Notes: generated from the sequence alone by a model not told the origin. 62,393 nt of DNA from Candidatus Roizmanbacteria bacterium RIFCSPHIGHO2_02_FULL_38_11 (GCA_001788015.1 MFZO01000044.1:1-62393), one strand, 5' to 3'. Numbered from the stretch's first letter, positions 29,831-40,051 are shown. Program-made: numbers and translations.

Positions 29831-30787
29831 ATGAAGAGTGAAACATCAAAAAAAATAATAAGTTACAGCGCTCCGGCAAAAGTTATTCTTTCAGGCGAGC
29901 ATGCTGTGGTGTACGGAAAACCTGCTTTAGTTTCGGCTTTGGATTTAAGATTGAAATTCGGTATTTGGGAAAATAAGAAAAATCTCAAAGATAAAAATAT
30001 ATTAATGATTATGCAGAAAGTTAAGGATAACCTTAAAAAACAAAAAATAAGTTTTAAAGAGAAGAAATTTGATTATAAAATTGATTCGAATATTCCGATT
30101 AAACAGAGACTTGGATCGTCAGCGGCTTTTTGCGTCGCTGTTGTAGCGGCTTTATTGGAATATTATGGAGGTAGAGAGTTTGATAAAGAAACAATAAACA
30201 ATATTGCTTATCAATGTGAGAAATACTTTCATATTAATGCTTCCGGTGTTGATGTGACGGCATCATGTTTTGGAGGACTTATCTTTTATCGAAAAGAATT
30301 TGAATTTTTGAAAAATATTTCTGCCTTAAATATTAAAATTCCAAAAAAAATAGAAGAGGGATTATTTTTGATTGATAGCGGTAATCCAGTAGAACCAACT
30401 GGAGAAATGGTTGACTTAGTTGGTAAAGCATACAACAATAAACCTGAATTTATTGAAGAAGTTCTGAATGATATTGAAAAAACAACAAAACGGTTAGTAG
30501 TATCGATTATTAAGGAAGATATTAATTTTTTTATTAAATCATTAGTCGACAATCAGGTATTGTTAGATATGTTGGGCGTTGTTTCTAAAAAGGCAAAAAA
30601 TTTGTTAAAAGATTTAGAACCATATGGATACGGAAAGGTTACGGGCGGCGGAGGAAAGAAAAGAGGATCAGGATACATGCTTTTTTATACAGGTAAGATA
30701 AAAGAGTTTGAAAATTATTGCAGTCAGAAAAATATTACTTATTTCAAATTTATACAGTCCTACGAAGGAGTAAAAAAAGAAACATGA
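29831..30787 (+). CDS. mvk: mevalonate kinase-like GHMP kinase
   Basis: SAPAKVILSGEHAVVYG, LGSSAA, SGVD, KVTGGGG. Confidence 0.85.
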   Translation: MKSETSKKIISYSAPAKVILSGEHAVVYGKPALVSALDLRLKFGIWENKKNLKDKNILMIMQKVKDNLKKQKISFKEKKFDYKIDSNIPIKQRLGSSAAFCVAVVAALLEYYGGREFDKETINNIAYQCEKYFHINASGVDVTASCFGGLIFYRKEFEFLKNISALNIKIPKKIEEGLFLIDSGNPVEPTGEMVDLVGKAYNNKPEFIEEVLNDIEKTTKRLVVSIIKEDINFFIKSLVDNQVLLDMLGVVSKKAKNLLKDLEPYGYGKVTGGGGKKRGSGYMLFYTGKIKEFENYCSQKNITYFKFIQSYEGVKKET

Positions 30788-31698
30788 AGGTAAAAACGTC
30801 AGCTCCGGGAAAACTAATGCTTTTGGGAGAGCATGCAGTCGTTTATGGTTATCCATGCATTGTAACAGCGGTTGATAAAAGATTGTATGTTGAAGCAGAA
30901 GTTATTAATAAAAAAGAAGATGAAATAGTTACTCCGCAGGTTAAGGAAAGCCGTTTTGTCTTAGAAACACTTGCCCACTTCAGGGATAAATTCAGGGTTA
31001 ACAAACACATTAAGATAACTACCCAAGGAGATTTTTCCCACAATGTAGGATTAGGTTCTTCGTCGGCTGTAACTGTTGCAACATTTTCTGCTTTAAGCTT
31101 GTTATTTAATTTTCCATTATCCAAAAAGGAAATATTTGATTTAAGCTATAAAGTTACGTTGAAAATTCAAGGTGTTGGTTCGGGATTCGATATTGCGGCG
31201 GCAACTTTTGGCGGGACTTTGTATTTTGTAAAAGGAGGAAAAACTATAGAACCATTGGAGATTGATTCTCTACCGATAGTTGTTGGTTATTCAGGAATTA
31301 AGGCAGACACTCCTTATTATGTAAGAAAAGTGGCTGAAGCATTCAAGGATAGACAAAGTGAGATGAAAGAAATATTTAATAAAATTACCGAGTTAGTTAA
31401 TAAGGCAAAAAAGAGTCTCCTTGAAAAAGATTATCCCACGCTTGGAAGACTTATGACCAAAGATCACAAGCTTTTGCAAAATCTTGGAGTAAGTATTCCT
31501 CAACTTGATGAGATGGTAGAAGCTGCTTTGGATGCCGGGGCTTATGGAGCAAAGTTGTCAGGCGCAGGTGGAGGAGATTGTATGATTGCACTGGTTTCGG
31601 AAGATAAAAGAAAAGCAGTTGAAAAAGCTATACAAAAGGCAGGAGGGGAAATTATAAATGTTAAAAACAATGAAGAAGGAGTGAGGATAGAAAAGTGA
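30784..31698 (+). CDS. second GHMP kinase, probable phosphomevalonate kinase
   Basis: APGKLMLLGEHAVVYG, GLGSSSAVTVA, GSGFDIAA, AKLSGAGGGDC. Confidence 0.8.
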   Translation: MKVKTSAPGKLMLLGEHAVVYGYPCIVTAVDKRLYVEAEVINKKEDEIVTPQVKESRFVLETLAHFRDKFRVNKHIKITTQGDFSHNVGLGSSSAVTVATFSALSLLFNFPLSKKEIFDLSYKVTLKIQGVGSGFDIAAATFGGTLYFVKGGKTIEPLEIDSLPIVVGYSGIKADTPYYVRKVAEAFKDRQSEMKEIFNKITELVNKAKKSLLEKDYPTLGRLMTKDHKLLQNLGVSIPQLDEMVEAALDAGAYGAKLSGAGGGDCMIALVSEDKRKAVEKAIQKAGGEIINVKNNEEGVRIEK

Positions 31699-31699
31699 T

Positions 31700-32677
31700 A
31701 TGAAAGCCACCGCCATTGGTCCGTCGAATATTGCTTTTATTAAGTATTGGGGCAAAAAGGATGAGAATTTAAGATTGCCAGAGAATGGCAGTATTTCGAT
31801 GAATTTGAGTGATTTAACTACAACTACTACAGTTGAGTTTTTACAAAACCTTAGAGAAGATAGCGTAATAATTGATGGAAAAGCCGAGAAGAAAAAAATA
31901 GAAAGAGTCAGTAAACAGCTTGATAGAGTAAGAAAGATTGCTAAATTTCCATATAAAGCAAAAGTTGTTTCTCAAAATAATTTTCCAAGTGGAACTGGTT
32001 TATCTTCTTCGGCTTCAGGCCTTGCAGCTTTGACATTGGCGGCTTCAAAATCAGCAGGTTTAAATCTTTCAGAAAAAGAATTATCCATTTTAGCGCGTCA
32101 GGGATCAGGATCAGCCTGTCGTTCAGTACCCGATGGATTTGTTGAGTGGCTAGAGGGCAATACAAGCGAAACTTCGTACGCCTATTCTCTGTACCCAGAA
32201 AATTATTGGGATATTCTCGATATAGTCGTGGTTGTATCTCACGATAAAAAGGATATATCTTCGACAGGAGGACAAAAAATAGTTGCAACCAGTTCATTCT
32301 ACAAAGTTAGACTTTCAAATATTAATAAAAAAATAGAATTATGTAAAAAACTTCTAAGCGAGAAAAATTTTCCTGAATTTGGAAAATTGATTGAAGCTGA
32401 AGCGCTGGAGCTACATGCGATTATGCTAACTTCTTCACCATCACTGATTTATTGGTTGCCTGGGACGATTAAAATTATGAAGTTAGTTAAAAAATGGAGA
32501 AGCGAAGGATTGGCGGTCTATTTTACGGTTAATACAGGACAAGATGTTCATCTTATTATTGAAGGAAAAAATAAGGAAATTCTATTAGAAAAGTTGCAAA
32601 AAGTAAAAGAAATAAAGAAAGTAATCGTGAATACCCCAGCATTAGGAGCAAGATTAATCAATAAGCACTTGTTTTAA
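31700..32677 (+). CDS. mvaD: diphosphomevalonate decarboxylase
   Basis: NIAFIKYWGK, GLSSSASG, ARQGSGSACRS. Confidence 0.95.
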   Translation: MKATAIGPSNIAFIKYWGKKDENLRLPENGSISMNLSDLTTTTTVEFLQNLREDSVIIDGKAEKKKIERVSKQLDRVRKIAKFPYKAKVVSQNNFPSGTGLSSSASGLAALTLAASKSAGLNLSEKELSILARQGSGSACRSVPDGFVEWLEGNTSETSYAYSLYPENYWDILDIVVVVSHDKKDISSTGGQKIVATSSFYKVRLSNINKKIELCKKLLSEKNFPEFGKLIEAEALELHAIMLTSSPSLIYWLPGTIKIMKLVKKWRSEGLAVYFTVNTGQDVHLIIEGKNKEILLEKLQKVKEIKKVIVNTPALGARLINKHLF

Positions 32678-32678
32678 A

Positions 32679-33020
32679 TTATGGTCCGATTTTTGGCAGA
32701 TTGATCTGCCACCCGCCGCCTGTATCTGTAAAAATATGAAGGACTTGAGTAGCGATGACGTTAAAAAGAGCTAATGCGAAAATAACAATAAAAATACCGA
32801 TGACAGCGTTGGTTATTTTTTGCTGGGCTTTTACTATTCTTTCCTTTTCACCGCCGGAAATTATCCAATCAAAGGCCCCGGATAGCATGTAGATCAGTAC
32901 AGCTATGCCGGCAATGATTATGAAAATATTTATAGCTCCTCCGATAAAAGCTCCGGCGTCTGTCGGAACTCCGGTAGGGGGCGCAATTGTACCGAATATA
33001 TCGGCTTGAGCTAGGTTCAT
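32679..33020 (-). CDS. TrbC/VirB2-like pilin
   Basis: 2 TM with WIISGGEKERIVKAQQKITNAVIG. Confidence 0.85.
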   Translation of the reverse strand: MNLAQADIFGTIAPPTGVPTDAGAFIGGAINIFIIIAGIAVLIYMLSGAFDWIISGGEKERIVKAQQKITNAVIGIFIVIFALALFNVIATQVLHIFTDTGGGWQINLPKIGP

Positions 33021-33023
33021 AAT

Positions 33024-33323
33024 TTAAAACGGTGAGGAAATACCAAATATAACTGTAATTAATTTTACAATAACAAAAGCGATAATAACAACAATCAAAC
33101 CCAATATAGCAAAGGTCATTGTTTTTTGGGCTTTTGCCACATTTTCTGGACTGTCGCCTGCGATAATCCGAAGATAACCTCCGTATAAAAGCATAACCAG
33201 AAGAATAAAGGCTGCTCCAATTATAAGCAAAGGCAAGAATATATTCATAAGATCAGCAACTTTTGCAAATTTTGCTAAAGGATTAACGGTCGGATCACTA
33301 AAATCAATAGCGTAGACGTTCAT
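33024..33323 (-). CDS. TrbC/VirB2-like pilin
   Basis: YGGY..IAGDSPENVAKAQKTMTFAILG. Confidence 0.85.
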   Translation of the reverse strand: MNVYAIDFSDPTVNPLAKFAKVADLMNIFLPLLIIGAAFILLVMLLYGGYLRIIAGDSPENVAKAQKTMTFAILGLIVVIIAFVIVKLITVIFGISSPF

Positions 33324-33386
33324 TAAATTTAGTCTATATAAAATGATTTTTTAAGTCAAGGAGAGTATAATCATGAAACATATAAC

Positions 33387-34097
33387 ATGAAACATGAAAC
33401 ATTAAAAAGAAATATTCCAAAACATGTTGCAATAATTTTGGACGGAAATAGAAGGTGGGCAAGAGAAAGACGATTACCTACTTTAGAAGGACACAGAAGA
33501 GGATTAAATGCTGTTATCGAGATTAGTAAAAAAGCAAGACAGATGGGGATAAAAATTTTAACGGTTTGGGTTTTTTCCACGGAAAATTGGGACCGAAGCA
33601 AAGCAGAAGTAAGTTATATAATGAAGCTTGGCGAAAGAGCAGTTGCTAATTATTTAAAAGAGGCTTTAAAAGAACAGGTTAGAATTATACACATTGGAAG
33701 AAAAGACAGAATTCCAAATAATCTTCGAGATAAGCTTAGAGAAGCAGAAGAAAAAACAAAAAAATTTAGCAAATATTTTTTTGTAATAGCATTAGACTTC
33801 GGCGGGCGTGACGATATAATCCGAGCAATCAAAAAAATCCGTAATCCGCAATCCGTAATAAAAAATTTGGATGAAATTAGTTTTAGTCAGTTCTTAGATA
33901 CGAAAAAACTACCTCAATCAGACATAGACTTAGTTATTAGAACCGGAGGAGAAATACGCACTTCGGGTTTTATGATCTGGCAAGCCGCGTACGCCGAATA
34001 TATTTTCGTCAAAAAATATATGCCCGATTTTACACCTGAAGATTTTGAGGAGTGTATTAAAGAATATTCACAAAGACAGAGAAGATTTGGCAGATAA
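33387..34097 (+). CDS. uppS: undecaprenyl/polyprenyl diphosphate synthase
   Basis: PKHVAIILDGNRRWA, FSTENW, RTGGEIRTSGF, RRFG. Confidence 0.96.
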   Translation: MKHETLKRNIPKHVAIILDGNRRWARERRLPTLEGHRRGLNAVIEISKKARQMGIKILTVWVFSTENWDRSKAEVSYIMKLGERAVANYLKEALKEQVRIIHIGRKDRIPNNLRDKLREAEEKTKKFSKYFFVIALDFGGRDDIIRAIKKIRNPQSVIKNLDEISFSQFLDTKKLPQSDIDLVIRTGGEIRTSGFMIWQAAYAEYIFVKKYMPDFTPEDFEECIKEYSQRQRRFGR

Positions 34098-34118
34098 CTT
34101 CATTGTATAATATTTCTT

Positions 34119-35162
34119 ATGTTTACTCCTATCTTTACAATAACCAACAAAATCCTCAATAACATTGCAAAGATTGAGGCTGTTGAAGAGGTTATACGTC
34201 TTTCGCCGCTTCTGCCTTTATGGGAAAAACAGTTTAAGGAAGACGCTATTATCCGATCAGTTTATCACGGTACTCACATCGAGGGTAATCCTTTGCATAA
34301 GGAAGATGCAAAAGACATTCTTTTGGGAAAAGATGTGATAGGCCGACCTAGAGACGTGCAAGAGATCATCAATTATCGAAAAGTCATAGAGTTTATCGAT
34401 GAAGAGGCAAAAAAAAAGATTGATCGTATAACAGAGCTTCTCCTAAAAAAATTGCACCGAATCATTGGAGATAAAATTTTGTCTGTTGATCAGGCAGGAG
34501 AGTATCGGACGAAACAGGTAGTGGTTCGAAATTCAGAGACGGGAGAAGTAACCTTTAGGCCGCCAGCACCGTTAGAAATACCTTATCTAATCAGGGAATT
34601 TCTTTACTGGCTTAATCGTGAGGACAAGGACAATATTCATCCGGTATTAAAAGCTGGCATCGCACATCATGAACTAGTTCGCATCCATCCTTTTATTGAC
34701 GGGAACGGTCGTGTTGCACGCGTTGTAGCCACGTTGATATTATTTCTGGGAGGTTACGATATCCGAAGGTTTTTTTCATTGGAGGAATATTATGATAAAG
34801 ACGCGGTATCTTATTACCAGAATTTACAAAAAGCGTCATCCGGAGATCTGGTTTCTTGGTTAGAGTATTTTACCTTTGGCGCTGCGGTGGAATTTGAAAA
34901 AATTAAGGAGAAAGTCTTAAAGCTCTCACAGGACGTTAAACTAAAGGAGAAGTTCGGGGGAAAACAAATCTATCTGACTGAGAGACAGGTTAAAATTATC
35001 GAATATATTCGGGAGGTAGGCTATCTGCAGAATCAAATCTTCCCCACCCTTTTCCCCAGCATCTCAGAAGACTCGGTGCTTCGTGACGTACAAGATCTAA
35101 TAAAAAAAGGGCTTTTAAAAAAAATAGGCAGCACCAAAGGAGCAAGATATATAGTGGTATAA
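34119..35162 (+). CDS. Fic-family protein with C-terminal wHTH
   Basis: HPFIDGNGRVAR; THIEGN inhibitory-type motif. Confidence 0.93.
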   Translation: MFTPIFTITNKILNNIAKIEAVEEVIRLSPLLPLWEKQFKEDAIIRSVYHGTHIEGNPLHKEDAKDILLGKDVIGRPRDVQEIINYRKVIEFIDEEAKKKIDRITELLLKKLHRIIGDKILSVDQAGEYRTKQVVVRNSETGEVTFRPPAPLEIPYLIREFLYWLNREDKDNIHPVLKAGIAHHELVRIHPFIDGNGRVARVVATLILFLGGYDIRRFFSLEEYYDKDAVSYYQNLQKASSGDLVSWLEYFTFGAAVEFEKIKEKVLKLSQDVKLKEKFGGKQIYLTERQVKIIEYIREVGYLQNQIFPTLFPSISEDSVLRDVQDLIKKGLLKKIGSTKGARYIVV

Positions 35163-35171
35163 TATTATTTG

Positions 35172-35357
35172 ATGGAGGAGAAACTTTTACAGCTAACTTA
35201 TTTAGGATTTCTGTTGCCTGGTCTTTTTGCCATGACACTTGTTGCCGAAGGAATCTATAAAGTCTCTCGGCATGAGGAAGGTTTTTTCACGTTTACCCTA
35301 GGCGTTTTATTTTTAGTTGGTGTGACAATCGCCTTTCTATTTTTATTTAATATATGA
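35172..35357 (+). CDS. small 2-TM protein
   Basis: Hydrophobic ORF filling the gap between fic and the ligase. Confidence 0.65.
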   Translation: MEEKLLQLTYLGFLLPGLFAMTLVAEGIYKVSRHEEGFFTFTLGVLFLVGVTIAFLFLFNI

Positions 35358-35375
35358 CCGCTCGATAATTGAAGT

Positions 35376-37241
35376 ATGAAATTTAGTCAACTGGCCCACT
35401 TTATCGAACAGATCGAAGAAACTTCCTCTCGCTTAACTATAACCAACCTTCTAGCGGAACTTTTCAAAAAATTAAATCGGGAAGAAATTGGAAAAACCGT
35501 CTATCTGCTTCAAGGAAGACTGGCACCACTTTATAATGCGATTGAATTCGGAATGGCGGAGAAAATGATTGGTAGAGCTGTAGCAACAGCTTTACATCTG
35601 GATAAAAAAAAATTTGTACAGCAATTCAAGAAGATTGGTGATCTAGGCGGAGCCACTGAATATTTTAAAAAACAGATGAGATCATTAGAATTAGAAGACC
35701 TGCCTGCCGGCAGGCAGGGTTTGTCTATATTGGAAGTATACGACATTCTTCATGAACTGGCTACAGCTGCAAAAGTTGGATCACAGGATATTAAAGTACA
35801 GATTCTGGCTAAACTCATCAGGCAATTGGATCCGTTATCTTGCCGATATTTGGTTCGCATTCCAATAGGGGTCTTACGCTTGGGATTTTCTGATATGACT
35901 GTTTTAGACGCCTATTCTTGGATGCTCAAGGGCGATAAAAGTCATAGATCCCAAATTGAAAAAGCTTACCACGTAAGGCCGGATCTCGGACAGCTAGGAT
36001 ACATAATAAAAAAAGAAGGAATTTCGGGATTAAAAAAGATTAAGCCAGCAATTTTCACCCCTATTCTGATGATGAAAGCTGAACGATTGTCATCAGGACA
36101 AGAAATTATAGAAAAGATCGGTCGTTGTGCCGTCGAATATAAATACGATGGATTTAGGTTGCAAGTTCATTTCAAGAAATCCGAAATCCGAAATCCGAAA
36201 TCCGAAACAAATTTTAAATCCAAAATTATAAATCCAAAACATAAAATACAGGTGAGACTTTATTCTAGAAATTTAGAGGATGTTTCGTTTATGTATCCGG
36301 ATGTCATTGAAGGGGTAAAAAAGGAAGTGAGAGCAAACGAGATTATTTTTGAAGGCGAGGCAATAGGATTTGATCCGCACTCGGGTAACTTTTTACCTTT
36401 TCAACAGACTGTTCAGAGAAAGAGAAAATACGGCATTGAAGAAAAGGCTAAAGAAATTCCACTGAAGCTGTTTGCTTTCGAGCTTTTGTATCTCGATGGA
36501 AAGAGCTTTCTTGATGTGCCGTATATTGAGCGTCGAAGAGCCTTGGAAAAGTCGATCCAGCTTACAGGTGACATCTTCAAAGACGCGCTGCTTTTAGCAT
36601 CAGAAAATATTCTCGACGACCCGAAGAAACTGGAACTTTTGTTTGATGACGCAGTTTCGAAAGGACTCGAAGGAATCGTTGCTAAAAAATTGAGTGGAGT
36701 CTATAAACCGGGAGCAAGGGAATGGAATTGGATTAAGTTTAAGCGAAGCTACAGCTCTAGAATTGAAGACTCCATCGATTGTTTGGTGATGGGATATGAT
36801 TATGGAAAGGGGAAAAGGGCCGGATTTGGGATTGGCGCTTTTCTGGTTGGAATTTATGACGAAAAACAGGACAAGTTTTTGACCGTTTGCAAAATCGGCA
36901 CGGGACTCTCTGATGAGGAATGGAGAGAGTTAAAAGTTAGATGTAAAAAGTTAGAAGTTAGAAGTAAACCGGCGTTATATGAAGTTGATAAGATGATGGA
37001 GTGCGACGTATGGATTTCGCCATCAATAGTTGTTGAGATTAAAGCAGACGAAATTACCAAGTCACCGGTACACACGGCTGGCAGAAAGCTGAAATCCTCC
37101 AAATCAGGCAAGGCTTTTGAAGTTGATATACCCGGATTTGCTTTACGTTTCCCCCGCCTGGAGCATTTTCGAGATGATAAGCGGCCTGAAGATGTAACGA
37201 CCTTAAAAGAAGTTGATAAAATATATTCACATGGAAAATAA
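35376..37241 (+). CDS. lig: ATP-dependent DNA ligase with DNA-binding domain
   Basis: EYKYDGFRLQVH, EGEAI, EGIVAK, WIKFK, LRFPR..RDDK. Confidence 0.95.
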   Translation: MKFSQLAHFIEQIEETSSRLTITNLLAELFKKLNREEIGKTVYLLQGRLAPLYNAIEFGMAEKMIGRAVATALHLDKKKFVQQFKKIGDLGGATEYFKKQMRSLELEDLPAGRQGLSILEVYDILHELATAAKVGSQDIKVQILAKLIRQLDPLSCRYLVRIPIGVLRLGFSDMTVLDAYSWMLKGDKSHRSQIEKAYHVRPDLGQLGYIIKKEGISGLKKIKPAIFTPILMMKAERLSSGQEIIEKIGRCAVEYKYDGFRLQVHFKKSEIRNPKSETNFKSKIINPKHKIQVRLYSRNLEDVSFMYPDVIEGVKKEVRANEIIFEGEAIGFDPHSGNFLPFQQTVQRKRKYGIEEKAKEIPLKLFAFELLYLDGKSFLDVPYIERRRALEKSIQLTGDIFKDALLLASENILDDPKKLELLFDDAVSKGLEGIVAKKLSGVYKPGAREWNWIKFKRSYSSRIEDSIDCLVMGYDYGKGKRAGFGIGAFLVGIYDEKQDKFLTVCKIGTGLSDEEWRELKVRCKKLEVRSKPALYEVDKMMECDVWISPSIVVEIKADEITKSPVHTAGRKLKSSKSGKAFEVDIPGFALRFPRLEHFRDDKRPEDVTTLKEVDKIYSHGK

Positions 37242-37479
37242 TCGATTTTTAAGAGCCTTTTTAATATCTATTTTATTTTTTGCCACTACTCATCTTGTCA
37301 TTTTATATTCTTACGCATTATACAGTAGAGATTTTGAAAGGGCGAATGCTTTTAGGATATTAGACCTCAATCTGTTTTTTCCAGATATTTCTAAGGGCGG
37401 TTTGAGTTTCTTTCTTTCTTACTTTTTCGTTTTGCTAGTGTTTTTAATCGTTTACGTTTTTTTTACTCGACCAAAATAG
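37231..37479 (+). CDS. small membrane protein
   Basis: 2 TM; overlaps ligase end. Confidence 0.65.
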   Translation: MENNRFLRAFLISILFFATTHLVILYSYALYSRDFERANAFRILDLNLFFPDISKGGLSFFLSYFFVLLVFLIVYVFFTRPK

Positions 37480-37493
37480 TATAATATTTTTCA

Positions 37494-38309
37494 ATGCAGC
37501 CATTTTTTTCAATTATCATCCCCACTCTAAATGAAGAGCTTTTCGTAAACAAAATTTTAGGCGATCTAGCAAAACAAAAAGTAAAGAATTTTGAACTCAT
37601 TGTCGTTGACGGTAACTCTCAAGATAAAACTCAACAGATGATCCTAAGCTACAAGAAAGAAATGCCGATCACGTTATTAAAGATGAATCCGCCAAATTTA
37701 CCTCTACAGAAAAATCTAGGCGCAAAGCAGGCAAAAAGTCCATATCTTTTGTTTCTTGACGCAGACATGTCTGTTTCCCCTTCATTCACAGGTGTAGCTG
37801 AAAGACTCATAAAAAAAAAGCAGGGGTTAGTGTTTCAACCGTATGTTTTCCCTTTAGAAAAGGGCGATTATCAAGAATTCAATGCTATTTATCCTTTCAT
37901 CAATAAACTGATCGAATTCTCACAAAATTTCAATAAGCCTTTTTCAGCCGGTCCTGCCATGTTTTGGGAAAGGAAGGCGTTTTTAACAATAGGCGGTTTT
38001 GACAATATTTTTGGCGAAGACCATCAGATCATCCGTAAAGCTCATAATTGGGGTATACGCCCAAAATTCCTCTCTCGCCTAAAAGTTCTGTTTTCCTTAA
38101 GGAGGATGAAGAAGGAGGGAAGGTTGCTATCTCTTTATAAATTATTATACTCGCACCTATACTTGCTTTTTAATGAAAAGATGAAAAAGAAAATCATTAC
38201 CTATGAGATGGGGGGACATTTATACAAGCATTTAGACGAACAAAGGAGCAAAGAAGATTTCATTCCCAGAATAAAAAAAATCTTTCGATCGATCCTTCTT
38301 GAACAGTGA
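37494..38309 (+). CDS. glycosyltransferase family 2
   Basis: SIIIPTLNEE, VVDGNS.D, LFLDAD, GGFD..GED. Confidence 0.93.
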   Translation: MQPFFSIIIPTLNEELFVNKILGDLAKQKVKNFELIVVDGNSQDKTQQMILSYKKEMPITLLKMNPPNLPLQKNLGAKQAKSPYLLFLDADMSVSPSFTGVAERLIKKKQGLVFQPYVFPLEKGDYQEFNAIYPFINKLIEFSQNFNKPFSAGPAMFWERKAFLTIGGFDNIFGEDHQIIRKAHNWGIRPKFLSRLKVLFSLRRMKKEGRLLSLYKLLYSHLYLLFNEKMKKKIITYEMGGHLYKHLDEQRSKEDFIPRIKKIFRSILLEQ

Positions 38310-38328
38310 AAAAAATTGCTTACCTGAT

Positions 38329-40032
38329 TTACTCATCGGATTTCACATCGTATACAGTGTAGCCTTCGTTTTCGAATACTTTGGGAAGTTCATAGCGATG
38401 AGGTTTTTCTATTACCAAGTAAGATGCTTTATAGGTTTTGGCAATTCGTTTAAAATCTTCGGCAGATAGTGAGTAGTAAGCCTTAAGCGTTTGCCTAATG
38501 CTGGCGAACGGGTCTCCATTAAATTTTTGGATGACACCAGGAGCAAGTTTTTCAAAACGTTCTTTCCAGGGAGATAATCCTTGAGGAACCACAGCGATTT
38601 CGGCGATGTCGAAAAGAGAAGCGATGGAAGATCGATCTGATCCTACCCGCCACTCAATATAGTAAAACCAGCTTTTGTTAGGTGGCGTGATGAAAACATC
38701 TGTTTTATCGGTTTGACTACGTGCCCACAGTTGGACATCAACATAGGCAGACTTTTGTGGATAGATGTGGATACCCGGTTGCCATACGTTCAACGCGTAT
38801 CCCAGAATTGCTAAAGTTACAAAAGCGATTGGGACTATAAAAGAAGTCAGCACAACCCAATATTGTGAAGAGATAACTTTTCGGATCAATAAAACTACCA
38901 GGAGTACCGCAGGAATTACCGAAAAGATAATCGTAGTAATAAGTAAAACAAAATGGAGATTGTTTATTTTTTTAGTCCCGTAAAGTTTCACAACGTAATG
39001 AGTGAAATAAAGTAGAGCAAAAACGTTGATGAATAATCCTGCTCTGAAGATTTGAGACTGTATAATGATCGTAGAAGGATATATATAAGATGCAAAGGCT
39101 TGAACGACTATAATTATAAAAAGCGCAATCATGAATAAACTGATAGTGGTAGTATGTTTTAATCCAGCCAGGGCTTTTCTTGCAATGAGAAATAATATGA
39201 TGCTGCTTACTCCACCCAGGGTGAGAAGTGGTGCATAGAAGTTTGAGCCAAAAAGGAAAAAAAGATGGTATAGAACTCCACGGCTTACAACCCAAAACCA
39301 TTCAGGATTTGACTCAAGCTGTACAGGTGATCCGCCAAACTTCCAGATTAACACCGGGAGCGCCCCAATTATAAAAGCAATGAATCCAGCTATAATATTT
39401 TGATAGCGTATTTCTCGTATTTTTATCAATGAAGCAAAAAGAAACATGAACAGGACAAAATTTACAGAGACAATATGCAGGTTGTATAAAATCCCAAGCA
39501 AAAAGAAAGCAGATATATAACGTTTATCAAGATATAAATTGATTGCCATAAGAAGAAAAGGTAAAACAAAGATTCTATTGACAAGAGTCCACTCCACTAC
39601 AGGAAAACCAGAAAATCCAATATGGGGCAACATAAACACAAAAATCGTTAAAAAAGAGGTGAGTGGATTGTTAAACAGTTTTTTGCTGATATTCCAGAGT
39701 CCCCAAAACGTCAGATAGAGCACGCCGATGTATGTAACAAACATACTTATTTCAAGAATTCCGAGCTTATAAAAAGGGATGAACAAAAACCAAAAAAAGG
39801 AATAGTGGTGCAGACGCAGATCAATGAAATAATCGTTTGGATAAAGCGAAGGATCTGCGAACTTTTTTAAAAAGGGAATATGAGAAGCTTGATCAAGTGT
39901 GCCGAAGTAATAACCCATCGTAAGAAGACTGACAAGAGTCGCCACTGCAAATAAAATATGCTTTAACAAAGAATATCGCCAAACTGACAGACTGATTGAT
40001 TGTAATCTTAACGTAATATTTTTCACAAACAT
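38329..40032 (-). CDS. polytopic membrane protein (DUF6798-like, possibly GT-C fold)
   Basis: >10 TM; DPSLYPND; C-terminal WAR..T...VFITPP soluble domain. Confidence 0.6.
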   Translation of the reverse strand: MFVKNITLRLQSISLSVWRYSLLKHILFAVATLVSLLTMGYYFGTLDQASHIPFLKKFADPSLYPNDYFIDLRLHHYSFFWFLFIPFYKLGILEISMFVTYIGVLYLTFWGLWNISKKLFNNPLTSFLTIFVFMLPHIGFSGFPVVEWTLVNRIFVLPFLLMAINLYLDKRYISAFFLLGILYNLHIVSVNFVLFMFLFASLIKIREIRYQNIIAGFIAFIIGALPVLIWKFGGSPVQLESNPEWFWVVSRGVLYHLFFLFGSNFYAPLLTLGGVSSIILFLIARKALAGLKHTTTISLFMIALFIIIVVQAFASYIYPSTIIIQSQIFRAGLFINVFALLYFTHYVVKLYGTKKINNLHFVLLITTIIFSVIPAVLLVVLLIRKVISSQYWVVLTSFIVPIAFVTLAILGYALNVWQPGIHIYPQKSAYVDVQLWARSQTDKTDVFITPPNKSWFYYIEWRVGSDRSSIASLFDIAEIAVVPQGLSPWKERFEKLAPGVIQKFNGDPFASIRQTLKAYYSLSAEDFKRIAKTYKASYLVIEKPHRYELPKVFENEGYTVYDVKSDE

Positions 40033-40051
40033 AAGTTTACAGCATACAATC

